DNA from: an uncultured Nitrososphaerales archaeon
GTDB taxonomy: Archaea; Thermoproteota; Nitrososphaeria; Nitrososphaerales; Nitrososphaeraceae
Assembly (NCBI GenBank): GCA_963841565.1
Contig: CAWJCY010000012.1
Span: forward strand, 1 to 64,000
DNA: 64,000 bases
Direction of reading: 5' to 3'
Made by a program: the position numbers and the translations under genes
In this document: in pieces, positions 44,372-54,551 of the stretch
Layout: the number at the start of each line of letters is the position of its first letter
Numbering within the stretch: position 1 is the stretch's first letter
The notes under the pieces: model-generated
Told to the model about the DNA's origin: nothing
Seen by the model: the letters and a program-made list of their open reading frames with translations, nothing else
Databases searched by the model: none

Positions 44372-45392
44372 TTATCCCTTTCTAATCCCACTGAACTCCG
44401 CATTAAGTGTAGTCTTCCTAGTGATTCGAACTACATCAAATATAGCAGCTCTCACTGCGCTTGCGCCATCTCCTAACAATCGCACAATTATCCCAGAATT
44501 GTACAGGCAGAATGGACGCTCCAGATACGACCTCAGTATTGTTAGACAAGATCGAATTCAGATCATCTTTAATAGATTTTACAACTGTGTTGGGGCAGAG
44601 CAGGTAAACGCTCCCTACAACGGAACGATTACTTAGCACACCCAATTGGCTTATGTTCCTTTTCCTTGGTTCTAGGATTGCAATGTCAGTGAATCTCAAT
44701 TGATCCTCTTGATTGAAACCAACTGCCTTCATGTAACAAATATCGTATTCAAAAGACTCACCACTAGCCACCCTTCCCGGTACAATCATCTCTGAGTAAA
44801 TCATTGTAGCACTATCATGTACTCGCATTCTGAGGGTTTGATAAAATCTTGAATTTCTGTATGGAATGATCTGATCTGGAATAAATTCAAAGTAAGCACC
44901 GGGCCCCAGATCAATGTTAATGATCTGAGTGGCAAAGTTCCGCTCCATTCGATATACTCTGGTCGCACCTTGGGTAGTGATATGTGCTTGAGAACCCTCG
45001 GACAAGGATATCTCCATCCTATATCTATCCCCCTGCAATATCCCCCCTGATGTTGACATAATGTACATGTAAGCCATTGAAGGTAATGATTCCTCCAAAT
45101 AAAGGGCACGTTGCGCATGTAGAGGTCCTTTTGTGTAGAGATCTCTGAGAATGGTTTTTCTTCGATCGCTGTCATATTCCAATTTTAAAGTGAGCGCGCC
45201 TATCTTTCCTGATCTTCCCACTCCTAGCTGCTGCAGCTCTGATCCGTATGCAAGAACTTCTGGTGGAATGTCCAATGGGATATAAAAATCTGGGAAATTA
45301 GGATCATCTGGACTAGAATTTTGAATTCCAGTCTCTGTTTCATTTGAGCTGCCAGAGGCCTTGCCAGACCTATTCTTGCCGTTACTTGCCAG
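44372..45392 (-). CDS. ureD: Urease accessory protein UreD, +1 frameshift near 44505
   Basis: SGGILQGD, TTQGATRVY, GRVASGE.F; the duplicate at 42585 shows the true C-terminus ends at TAA 44372; start is TTG 45275 or CTG 45392. Confidence 0.88.
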
Positions 45393-45458
45393 AACAAAAT
45401 CACCCAGTATTAAGTAAGAAACATATTGTCGTATTATCGACCTTTATTTCAGAAGCAT

Positions 45459-46124
45459 TTATCGATTCGCCTTTGGAGTAACAGCTCGTGGTGGCTGATC
45501 AAAGAGGACGTATTTTGTAATCTGATTTGCCACCTCTTCAACTCCTTGTCCTTTCTTTGAATTGACAAAAACATAAGGTTTGTCTCCTCTGACAATCTTA
45601 GCGTCTCTTTCCATTATACTCAGATCTGCCCCGACGATCGATGCAATATCGATCTTGTTAATTACCAGTAGATCGCATGTCTCAATTCCAAGACCTCTTT
45701 TTCTTGGATACTTGTCCCCTCCTGTAACATCGATTATATAAATAAAGTAGTCTGCTAGTGCAGGACTAAATGTAGTTGTAATATTATCTCCCCCGCTCTC
45801 TATTATAATCAGGTCTAAATCCCCGTATTTAGCTTCCATCTCTTCAACTACTGACAAGTTCATGGATGGGTCTTCCCTAACAGCTGTATGTGGACATCCG
45901 CCTGTAGCCAAACCGATAACGAGATCTTCTGGCATTAAGCCTCTCTCAGTCGCCAAATTCTTCCTCATCCTATCGGCGTCTTCCTTAGATACTACATCAT
46001 TTGATATTATACCAATATTGTAACCTTTGGCAGATAAAAGTGGTACAACCTGTTCTATGAGCATCGTTTTACCCGAACCGACTGGTCCACCTACTCCTAC
46101 ACGAGGGATCCTTTTAGAGCTCAT
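45459..46124 (-). CDS. ureG: Urease accessory GTPase UreG
   Basis: GGPVGSGKT, TGGCPH, ESGGDN, NKID. Confidence 0.97.
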   Translation of the reverse strand: MSSKRIPRVGVGGPVGSGKTMLIEQVVPLLSAKGYNIGIISNDVVSKEDADRMRKNLATERGLMPEDLVIGLATGGCPHTAVREDPSMNLSVVEEMEAKYGDLDLIIIESGGDNITTTFSPALADYFIYIIDVTGGDKYPRKRGLGIETCDLLVINKIDIASIVGADLSIMERDAKIVRGDKPYVFVNSKKGQGVEEVANQITKYVLFDQPPRAVTPKANR

Positions 46125-46142
46125 AAAAAATGTACTAATGTA

Positions 46143-46898
46143 TCAGGTTATAAACATTTTTGACAGCATTTTCTCATGTGAAATTTGTATCAGATCTATA
46201 CCAGGAGCAAATTGCCATATGCCAGTCAATGGTCTGTCTATATTGGATCTAATTGTACTTACGAGTGTGTTTCTCAACTGATGTATGATCATCTGTCCGT
46301 CAAAATGTTGCAACACTCCTAATCTTAGGGCTGCTCCGACCATACTCACTGTGAACCCATACAGCATAATCAGCGCAGCTTTATTTCTGGGGATCCCAAG
46401 GCTATGTGCTGACACGGCTAAGGCGACTGGAAATATGCCTGTAGCTTTCTTTGAAGAAATGGCTTTCAAATAACCATTCATTACCGAATGTTCCGTGACA
46501 AATGATCCAACACATCGTAGCAATTGGGTTCCCGACCTAGAGGACGCATTTCTTATCTCTTCAATTAACTTCATTGAAAAAATGAGATTATCTACCTCAA
46601 TCAGTTTAGGGAGATTGTTTTTGACAATCTGTTCATAGGCAGCCCCTAGTGCCGTGCAATCAGCGGGTCCTATTTGATTCTCTATATATACCTTCAAGAG
46701 ATTGAGCAGATCCATAGGATTAGCTATCGACTTTCTGTTACCATAAAATAGAGCTTCTAATCCATTTGACATCGTGTACATCCCTGTAGGAAAGAACGAA
46801 TCTGACAATTGTAATAGTCCTATATCTTCTGGCCTCAGTTCAAAATCATAATTCTTCAATTCGGGGTCCGTGTTTTCAGTTTTATTTTTACGGCTCAA
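46143..46898 (-). CDS. ureF: Urease accessory protein UreF
   Basis: LQLSDSFFPTG.Y..S.GLE ... HE....MFIT. Confidence 0.95.
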   Translation of the reverse strand: MSRKNKTENTDPELKNYDFELRPEDIGLLQLSDSFFPTGMYTMSNGLEALFYGNRKSIANPMDLLNLLKVYIENQIGPADCTALGAAYEQIVKNNLPKLIEVDNLIFSMKLIEEIRNASSRSGTQLLRCVGSFVTEHSVMNGYLKAISSKKATGIFPVALAVSAHSLGIPRNKAALIMLYGFTVSMVGAALRLGVLQHFDGQMIIHQLRNTLVSTIRSNIDRPLTGIWQFAPGIDLIQISHEKMLSKMFIT

Positions 46899-46924
46899 AA
46901 ATCAATCACTATTTCCTTAATCTC

Positions 46925-47452
46925 CTAATGCTCATGCACATTCATAGTCTCACTGGGTTCAAAAACAATCTTTTTGCTCTGAATCTCTATATGGTGATGA
47001 AACGGATGAAACAATTTCCTAAACATCTCAATCTCAGATTCAGCCTGAATTGGGAAGTATATTCTAGACCCATCAAGCTTAATTGGTCTGTGAAGATTTC
47101 CAATTGTATGACCAATTTGGACAGGAATCTGAATTACACTTTCAGTACTGTCAGTAAGTGTTTCTTTAATGATCTCTACTTGTAGTACATTCTCTGGTTC
47201 TATTTCAACAACTACAATTTGGTTGTCATTTAAGAGAAGCACGTCGCCATGTCTCAGATGTTGGCTGCCAGAATGCAAGTTCAAAGCAATGTCTGTTCCT
47301 TTATTTGAGACTTTTCGCATTCGCTGTCTCTGAGATTCTGTTCTAGTAATTAAAAAAGTTTCATCTTGCTGTTTTGAAACAAATTCTTTAAAGGTAGCCT
47401 CTAATTGATCATCGTTGTATATGTTACCAATAATACGATCGATCGTTATCAT
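46925..47452 (-). CDS. ureE: Urease nickel chaperone UreE
   Basis: LRHGDVL, GHTIGNLH, C-terminal HEH. Confidence 0.93.
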   Translation of the reverse strand: MITIDRIIGNIYNDDQLEATFKEFVSKQQDETFLITRTESQRQRMRKVSNKGTDIALNLHSGSQHLRHGDVLLLNDNQIVVVEIEPENVLQVEIIKETLTDSTESVIQIPVQIGHTIGNLHRPIKLDGSRIYFPIQAESEIEMFRKLFHPFHHHIEIQSKKIVFEPSETMNVHEH

Positions 47453-47481
47453 TGTCGATATTCTCTGCCTCTACCTCTATT

Positions 47482-47896
47482 TCATCCCTTCGAGTCGGTA
47501 TTTACGTTATTCGAATTGGAGGCCGAAGCTTGGACTGACGCAGTCGGGGATACCTTGCTTTTTTCCTTCTCCTTTACCTTATCTATCATATCTGTCAATC
47601 TCTGAGTGTAATCAACCTTGCCATAATGACCATATGATGACTGACCAACTAATGCAAAAACCAACCCATTGTCTTCTATCTTGACTTGAGCTCCTATTTC
47701 AAATTTTTCAGTTATAATGCATTTCGTTACTTTATGCAGAGAATAGTCAACATTCAGATGTGAAGCTGGATCGATAAATCCAGACATCGAATGGATCTTG
47801 CCAGCCAGATACTATAACATGCTTTATCAATGTCGGATCTATTACCAGATAATTTTCGTCTATATTGGTTTCCTCGACGCAGTGACGTATTATCAT
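47482..47896 (-). CDS. Unknown protein inside the urease operon, apparently frameshifted near 47800
   Basis: AAGGAAGGT SD-like then ATG 47896 (MIIRHCVEETNIDENY...); joins 47482-47787 if one base is removed (415 nt total). Confidence 0.65.
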
Positions 47897-47920
47897 GAAT
47901 GAATTTCCACCTTCCTTTTT

Positions 47921-49504
47921 TTACCTCTTTGAATCAGAGAGTGATTGAGGACTTAGATCTTCAGCGGCCAAATTTCTGTCAATTCGGAGAACCGATTTTG
48001 ATATCTCGGCAGCAGCTTCAAGGGCCATTGTCTTTACCTTTAATGGATCCAATATCCCCCTCTTCCACATATCAACTGGTTCACCGGAGTCTATATCTAT
48101 GCCGAAGCCATCCGGTGAGGCTTTTGCAGCCATTACTTTTTCCAATCCGTTATAACCTGCATTTGTTAGAATCTGTCGCATTATGCTTTCAAGAGCCGAG
48201 ACAACAACTTCAAGTCCAACCTGCTCAAGCCCCTTGAGCCTTAGTTTTTTCACTTTATCGATAACATGTAGTTCTGCCGAACCCCCACCTGCAACTACGC
48301 CTTCGTTAAGAGCCGCTTCTGCAGCATTAACTCCATCGATTGCAGCCCTCCACCGCTCAAGCGATGTTTCCTTAGTCGAACCTGAAACGATCATGGTTAC
48401 GATATTCTTACCTGCTCCATTTTCAATGTATACTACCGCGTTTTCTTCGTCTTCCCTCACAACATCTGCATATCCTAATAATTGTTCACTACTTTTTTCT
48501 AAATTTTCTGTGCTGCTTAGCTCCTCAATCATTCTAATTGGTTTTGCTTTGGTGTACCTTGATACATGTTCAATTTCCTCCGTCGAGATCCTTACCGCAA
48601 ATATTTTTCTTGCAACTAGTAAATCTTCAATCACTTGATCGACTTCTGAAGATGCTATTAGAATTGCATTTGCCCCGGTGGATACTAATTTATCTACTAT
48701 TTCTTTTGATTTTGATACCCGATCCTTTTCCATATTCAATATTTCATCATATTTACTTCCTTCCTTTAGCCATGATTCTTTGACTGGTTTTAAATCCATC
48801 TTGACAACTAGAATTTTTGCTTGCTTCACTTCGGTAGGCATTTCAGGATCGAGCTTATTCCGTTCCAGAACTATGCCATTGACAACTGCATCGTCCATGT
48901 TTGTACGTCTAATTACCATTATGGATTTGTCAAAATCATACTGGTTATGATACCTTGCATTAGCACCAACCGTTCTCAAGGCAGATATCACAAGCTTTGA
49001 AAGTTTTAATCCGTCCAATTTTGAAGACAAAGATGTCCTGACCACATGTTCAAGTCCTAGATCTGAAATGGAAATGGACCTTGTCTCTTCTCGCAATAGA
49101 TCGCATGCGTGTTTAACTCCACTATCTATACCTTCAACAACTTTTGTGGGATGCACACCCAGTTCCTTCACTAATCTTTTCCCTTCTTTGATCATCTCAG
49201 CAGCCATGACCACTGCGGTAGTTGTGCCGTCTCCAACTAGTTGTTCTTGTCTTTCTGCTATTTCAACTATCATTCGTGCCACCGGGTGGATTGCACGCAG
49301 AGAAAGGAGAATAGTGACCCCGTCGTTAGAAATGTGGCGATTCATAGCCTGGTCTATCAAGAGCTTATCCAATCCTTTAGGTCCCAAAGTTGTCCTCACA
49401 GTATCTGCTACAGCAGTAACAGCATTGGAATTTGATTCTAGAGCATTGAATTCTACACTCTCGGCCATAGGTCTCCATACGCCAAAATTAGGATTCGACA
49501 TCAA
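47921..49504 (-). CDS. Divergent thermosome/TCP-1-family chaperonin embedded in the urease operon
   Basis: TTLGPKG, NDGVTIL, GDGTTT, VAGGG, DP..VK. Confidence 0.92.
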   Translation of the reverse strand: MMSNPNFGVWRPMAESVEFNALESNSNAVTAVADTVRTTLGPKGLDKLLIDQAMNRHISNDGVTILLSLRAIHPVARMIVEIAERQEQLVGDGTTTAVVMAAEMIKEGKRLVKELGVHPTKVVEGIDSGVKHACDLLREETRSISISDLGLEHVVRTSLSSKLDGLKLSKLVISALRTVGANARYHNQYDFDKSIMVIRRTNMDDAVVNGIVLERNKLDPEMPTEVKQAKILVVKMDLKPVKESWLKEGSKYDEILNMEKDRVSKSKEIVDKLVSTGANAILIASSEVDQVIEDLLVARKIFAVRISTEEIEHVSRYTKAKPIRMIEELSSTENLEKSSEQLLGYADVVREDEENAVVYIENGAGKNIVTMIVSGSTKETSLERWRAAIDGVNAAEAALNEGVVAGGGSAELHVIDKVKKLRLKGLEQVGLEVVVSALESIMRQILTNAGYNGLEKVMAAKASPDGFGIDIDSGEPVDMWKRGILDPLKVKTMALEAAAEISKSVLRIDRNLAAEDLSPQSLSDSKR

Positions 49505-49691
49505 GCACTATCTTCACAGGCAAGAAATAAAGATTGAGGTGATATGCCGACTCCTAAGGGCGTTATCCCTTCTGTGTCTTGGGATTAAAAGTATTTTTCA
49601 GTCTTAGGCTCACAACCATGTAACCAATATCGAATTTTAGAAATTGTTATTAAATAAAGATAAAAAGAAAAAAGGATTTTAGGGAATCGCC

Positions 49692-51420
49692 TTATGCCAT
49701 GAAATACCTCTGCGCAGAGGATAATTCCTTGGCTGGTTCTACGGTCGCCACAGTACCGTCCAGTTTTACCTCGTAAGTCTCGGGATCGATGGTAATTTCA
49801 GGAGTTTTGTCATTCCATACCATATTCTTTTTGTTAATGCTTCTGCAACCCTTAACTGGAAGCATAATCTTCTCCAGGCCTAACTTCTCTGGAACTCCCA
49901 TGTTCAGAGCCGCCTTTGAAGTAAATGTGAAGCAAGTCTTCTTGACAGCTCTTCCGAGGGCGCCAAACATAGGTCTGTAGTAAACAGGTTCTGGAGTAGG
50001 TAACGAAGCGTTCGGGTCTCCCATGATGGACCATGCGATAAATCCTCCCTTAAAGACCATTTTTGGCTTTGCAGGGAAGAATGCGGTGTTGTACATTACA
50101 ATGTCAGCATACTTGCCAGTTTCAAGTGAACCCAGATAATCGGACACTCCATGGGTAATTGCAGGATTAATGGTGGTTTTTGCTATGTATCGTTTCGCTC
50201 TTAGATTGTCATTATCGCCACTCTCTTCTTTGTGCTTTCCTTTCATCTTCTTCATTTTATCAGCGGTCTGAAATGCTCTAATTACTACCTCACCGATTCT
50301 GCCCATTGCCTGACTATCAGATGAGTACATACTCAACACACCTTCATCATGCAATACATCTTCTGCAGCAATTGTCTCGGCTCTAATTCTAGATTCGGCG
50401 AATGCTACATCTTCTGCAACTGCAGGATTAAGGTGATGGCAGAACATGAGCATGTCCAAATGTTCATCTATTGTGTTAACGGTATATGGCCTTGTGGGAT
50501 TTGTCGATGATGGCAAGGCAAAATGTTCACCTGCGATCTTCATTATATCTGGTGCATGTCCACCGCCAGCACCTTCAGTATGGTATGTGTGTAATGTCCT
50601 TCCATCGATGGCATCTATAGTATCCTCAACGTAAGCGCATTCATTTATAGAATCTGTATGGATTGCCACTTGAGTATCAGTTGCATCGGCTCGCTTTCAA
50701 AGATGCATCAAGTACTGATGCAGTAGTTCCCCAGTCTTCATGATCCTTAAGTCCACATGCTCCTGCCTCAATTTGTTCTAATAAAGGCGCTAACGTTGGA
50801 TGAGAGTCATTCCCTTTCCCTAAAAATCCCCAATTCATCGGTGTGTCTTCAACGGATTCCATCATTCTACTAATATTAAATACACCTGGTGTGCATGTAG
50901 TCGCGTTCGTACCATCTGCAGGTCCAGTCCCTCCACCTATCATGTTGCAAATACCATTGCTTATTCCGTCAATATACTGCTGTGGAGAGATCATATGTAT
51001 GTGGGTATCAAAGTGACCTGGGGTACATATTGTATGCTCACCTGCTGTGGCCTCTGTGCATGCAGAAACAACTAAACGATGATCTACTTTATCCATCGTA
51101 TAAGGATTACCAGCTTTGCCAATTCCTGCAATCTTGCCATCCTTTATTCCAATATCACCTTTTATGATTCCAAGTACAGGGTCAAGGACCACAGCATTAG
51201 TAATGAGATAATCAAGGGCCCCATTGGCGCTCGTAACTCCCGGCGTCTGAGCCAAACCATCTCTTAGGGTTTTCCCGCCACCAAACACACATTCGTCGCC
51301 AGGAGTAATCAAGTCCTTCTCGACTTCTATAAACAACTCAGAATCTCCAAGTCTTATCTTGTCTCCTGTCGTAGGACCAAACAGATCAGTATATTGTTTT
51401 CTCGTTAATTTTAATACCAT
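49692..51420 (-). CDS. ureC: Urease alpha subunit, +1 frameshift near 50692
   Basis: [32 protein letters not shown] and SSDSQAMGR all intact across two ORFs. Confidence 0.95.
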
Positions 51421-51446
51421 TTCTTTCTAAGCCTCTTTTCTCCCTG

Positions 51447-51815
51447 TTATGCTCCTTTGTATCCTGCCTTCTTAGCCTTTTCCAAAGCAGCGTTTTTTAT
51501 ATGAGATGATCTGAGACCTCCCATTGTCAGACCGTTGAATCCATATACGATTCTAGCTCCACCTATTTCTGTCAACTCTATATCCTTCTCGTCTCCCGGC
51601 TCAAATCTAACACCTGTTCCGGCTGGGATATTTAGCCTATAGCCGTAAGCCTTTTCTCTAGGGAAATCTAATGCTTTATTCACTTCAAAGAAGTGAGTAT
51701 GCGAGCCTATTTGACATGGTCTATCACCTGTATTCTTAACCTTTAACTTGATTGTCTTCCTGCCTTCGTTACAAATTACAGGCTCCGAACGCAAAACATA
51801 TTCACCTGCGATCAT
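51447..51815 (-). CDS. ureB: Urease beta subunit
   Basis: NTGDRP.QIGSH.HFFEVN, NIPAGT.VRFEPG. Confidence 0.96.
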   Translation of the reverse strand: MIAGEYVLRSEPVICNEGRKTIKLKVKNTGDRPCQIGSHTHFFEVNKALDFPREKAYGYRLNIPAGTGVRFEPGDEKDIELTEIGGARIVYGFNGLTMGGLRSSHIKNAALEKAKKAGYKGA

Positions 51816-51942
51816 TGAACTATATACCTCCCTAGATACCTTCCTTGAATTAGATACCTTCTTGGTTTGTTGTCGTTGTTTTTTTTAGGCGCTGCTTTTA
51901 TTCTTTTAATTTTCTTAGCCAATTATATCAGACTCCTTCCTC

Positions 51943-52245
51943 TTATTGAACTGGTTCGTGAACTGTCACCAGTTTTGTTCCATCGGGAAATGTACACTCT
52001 ACTTGTACCGTGTGTATCATATCTGGGACCCCTGACATCACATCTGCCTTTTTCAATACAGTTCTAGCAGACTTCATCAACTCGGCAACACTCTTTCCGT
52101 CCCTTGCCCCTTCCACAACATGATCTGCAATATAAGCCACGGTCTCAGGATAATTCAATTTCACGCCCCTCTCTTTCCTTGCTTTTGCAATCTGAGCAGC
52201 TGTCCAGATCATCATTTTATCCACCTCTCTAGGTGCTAACATCAT
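51943..52245 (-). CDS. ureA: Urease gamma subunit
   Basis: [31 protein letters not shown]; start moved to ATG 52245. Confidence 0.96.
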   Translation of the reverse strand: MMLAPREVDKMMIWTAAQIAKARKERGVKLNYPETVAYIADHVVEGARDGKSVAELMKSARTVLKKADVMSGVPDMIHTVQVECTFPDGTKLVTVHEPVQ

Positions 52246-52342
52246 ATTTCCAAATACCTCATTTACTTCTAAATGATTGAAATATTTAAGTCTAAAAAAA
52301 TATCCGCAAATATTCAGCAACCTAAATTAATTATAGAATTAA

Positions 52343-52377
52343 GTCGACGTCGACAATAACATCCAATGTTGTTGTCG
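52343..52377. promoter_or_regulatory. Palindromic element upstream of ureA
   Basis: GTCGACGTCGAC overlapping the inverted repeat CGACAATAACAT-CCA-ATGTTGTTGTCG; similar element at 54495-54524. Confidence 0.45.
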
Positions 52378-52397
52378 CCCGCTATATAGTGTGTTTC

Positions 52398-52982
52398 TTA
52401 CGATTTTACCACTTTAACCGGAATCACCGAATCTAGCCAAAAAAAGATTCTATCAAAGTGACCGTCCTTCTTTGTAGGCAGCTTGAAATCAAAAGTCTTT
52501 TCGCTAGTCGTGAGCGTAAGAAAATTAGTTTGAATCATTGAACCCATCATATTGTGGACGATAGTCTCAGTACCTTTCCGAATTTCAAGAAGTTTTATGT
52601 CATCATACCAAACATAGAAACTCTGAGCTCTGTGCAGGATTGAATTAACGTCAATAGAAGCTGACTTTTTCATGATGTCTGAATTCTTAATTTTCTTGCT
52701 CAAAATTAGGTAAGGATAAGGAGCCATTCCAGCAACGTAGCCCAAATCCAGAAATTTCCTAAAAAATTCCTTTTTGCTTATAATTATTCTTTTTGTAGTA
52801 AAATCGAGGAAAGTATTTTCTCCCCACCCACCCCGTGATTCGGAGCTAAGGCGCAACACAAGTTCTTCCAAGCCCTTCCTGTTACACCAATCTATAAACA
52901 ACTGTAATTTTTCAGGATCGGTAAGACCTTCCGTTCTTGCCTTCGAATACTTTAAAAACTCTTGAAACTGTTCGGGCCCCAA
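52398..52982 (-). CDS. Hypothetical protein between the urea transporter and ureA
   Basis: 194-aa ORF co-oriented with the urea genes; PH-like beta pattern. Confidence 0.65.
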   Translation of the reverse strand: MGPEQFQEFLKYSKARTEGLTDPEKLQLFIDWCNRKGLEELVLRLSSESRGGWGENTFLDFTTKRIIISKKEFFRKFLDLGYVAGMAPYPYLILSKKIKNSDIMKKSASIDVNSILHRAQSFYVWYDDIKLLEIRKGTETIVHNMMGSMIQTNFLTLTTSEKTFDFKLPTKKDGHFDRIFFWLDSVIPVKVVKS

Positions 52983-53093
52983 TCTGATTACAAACGGGTA
53001 ACACTTAGCAAATATGTAAAGGTATCAATCAATCAACTAGACTTTCAAAAAAAAGAAAAATATGGGCTTTGGGGCTCGCAACCTTCTAACAAT

Positions 53094-54299
53094 CTAAGGA
53101 CGCGACCACCCAATACCTGCAGGAATGTTCTCGAACCCGGATATTCCCAACAGTGCGACCCATGCAGTGAACACAAAGGGTCCGGTCAACGCAGGCAGGC
53201 CCCACGTACCAAAGAATCGCTGCAAGGCAGGCATCACGAAGAGCGAGCAAGCCACAGTCATGAAGACAGCGATGAGGAAGGACTGCCAAGTGAGCGGCAG
53301 GAAGCTAGTCAGAGCTATCATGACCAAAACTTGGTTAAACCCGTGAAGGCCTAATCTAATTTCGGCAGTAGGTATTTTTGTTAGAATTGCACACGCCGCT
53401 CCTATAGCTGAACCGACAAGAGCCATTACTCCACCCAGATACAGGGGAGACAAAGGATTCCATCCTGCTGTGAAGCCATTAGTCCACCAAGGACGATCTT
53501 GATTCATCGGGTCTCCATTGATGTCTACAAGGGGAGCAAGTTCAAATGCTAACGTAAGCCCTACAACCCAGAAAACACCTGTCTTCCAGTTCGAAACAAA
53601 CGTAACTTGAGAGACTCCCTTTAAGGTCGCAACCGTGAATTCTTTAGCCGTCCACTTAAAGTCCTCCCTGGTGTCGGGATTACTACTAGCTGCAAGAAGC
53701 TTCGGAGAAGTTGGCGGCGGTGGCGGACCAGGCCATATATCACGCCCATATCTTTGGGAAGCGTACATCATGGCCCAAGTCGTGAATATGAATGATGAAG
53801 TAAAGCCAGGAATAGCCCATGAGTTAGATGTACACGCTGCATCAGGAGGGCCAACACATACGCTGAACATATCTCCCATCAAATGGGAAAACGCCATCCA
53901 TACTATTGCAGTGGCAGCGGCTCCATAGATAGAGAGCCAAAATGTGGCTTTATTTGTCTTAGTAAATGGACCTGACCAGAAGGCCATACCAGTCAAGATT
54001 GAGTTGTAACCGAAGAGACCGAACGTAACAAGTCCGTAAGGTGCCCCAAGCAGGATAGCCATCCCTGCTCCAACAAGACCCGATATTACCATCATTGCTC
54101 CCGCGTATCTTGATGCAATGATAACACCGGCCAGGATCAGGATTCCATTCACTGGAGAGCTGAACAAAGGAACTTCACTTATGCCATTAAATAGCGTGTA
54201 AAAGAAATCTAGTGCAGGATTTCCGGTAGAGTAGTCAGCAGGACCTGCTATTTGAAGTGTTACCACAGAAAATAATAATGCCTCTAATGCGCCTATCAA
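53094..54299 (-). CDS. UT-family urea transporter
   Basis: Two homologous halves: GISEV..GLFGYN..PGFTSSF and GVSQV..GLHGFN..LPALTGPF. Confidence 0.88.
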   Translation of the reverse strand: MIGALEALLFSVVTLQIAGPADYSTGNPALDFFYTLFNGISEVPLFSSPVNGILILAGVIIASRYAGAMMVISGLVGAGMAILLGAPYGLVTFGLFGYNSILTGMAFWSGPFTKTNKATFWLSIYGAAATAIVWMAFSHLMGDMFSVCVGPPDAACTSNSWAIPGFTSSFIFTTWAMMYASQRYGRDIWPGPPPPPTSPKLLAASSNPDTREDFKWTAKEFTVATLKGVSQVTFVSNWKTGVFWVVGLTLAFELAPLVDINGDPMNQDRPWWTNGFTAGWNPLSPLYLGGVMALVGSAIGAACAILTKIPTAEIRLGLHGFNQVLVMIALTSFLPLTWQSFLIAVFMTVACSLFVMPALQRFFGTWGLPALTGPFVFTAWVALLGISGFENIPAGIGWSRP

Positions 54300-54551
54300 A
54301 CTAGATTGTAATTGTAAAGGTATTTTTTAACAATTTGTGCAGTAATGGTATTTATTAAGGCTGTTACCAAGAAAAGGCAACCCAATAGATTACACCTTCT
54401 CTCAAGTTTCGTTATGAAAAGAGTGATCGATGTATGCAAAGGATTCCAAAGCCGGTTGAAAAGGAGACCTTGGGAATAATTCCTAGCTCAGTGTGCCGAC
54501 GTCGACTAAACCGACACCAATGTCAGGATGTGACTCGCTCGTATACACGAG

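Noticed and set aside
48183-49607. Long antisense ORFs over the chaperonin (similar ones over the antiporter, ClC, amt, UT and ParB)
   Set aside because: Shadow frames of well-supported genes with no motifs of their own
50680-50700. Programmed ribosomal frameshift in ureC
   Set aside because: No slippery heptamer; many unrelated genes have similar single indels, so error is the simpler explanation
52246-52320. Extended ureA N-terminus in the ORF track
   Set aside because: Spans the TATA/SD region; homology begins at MMLAPRE
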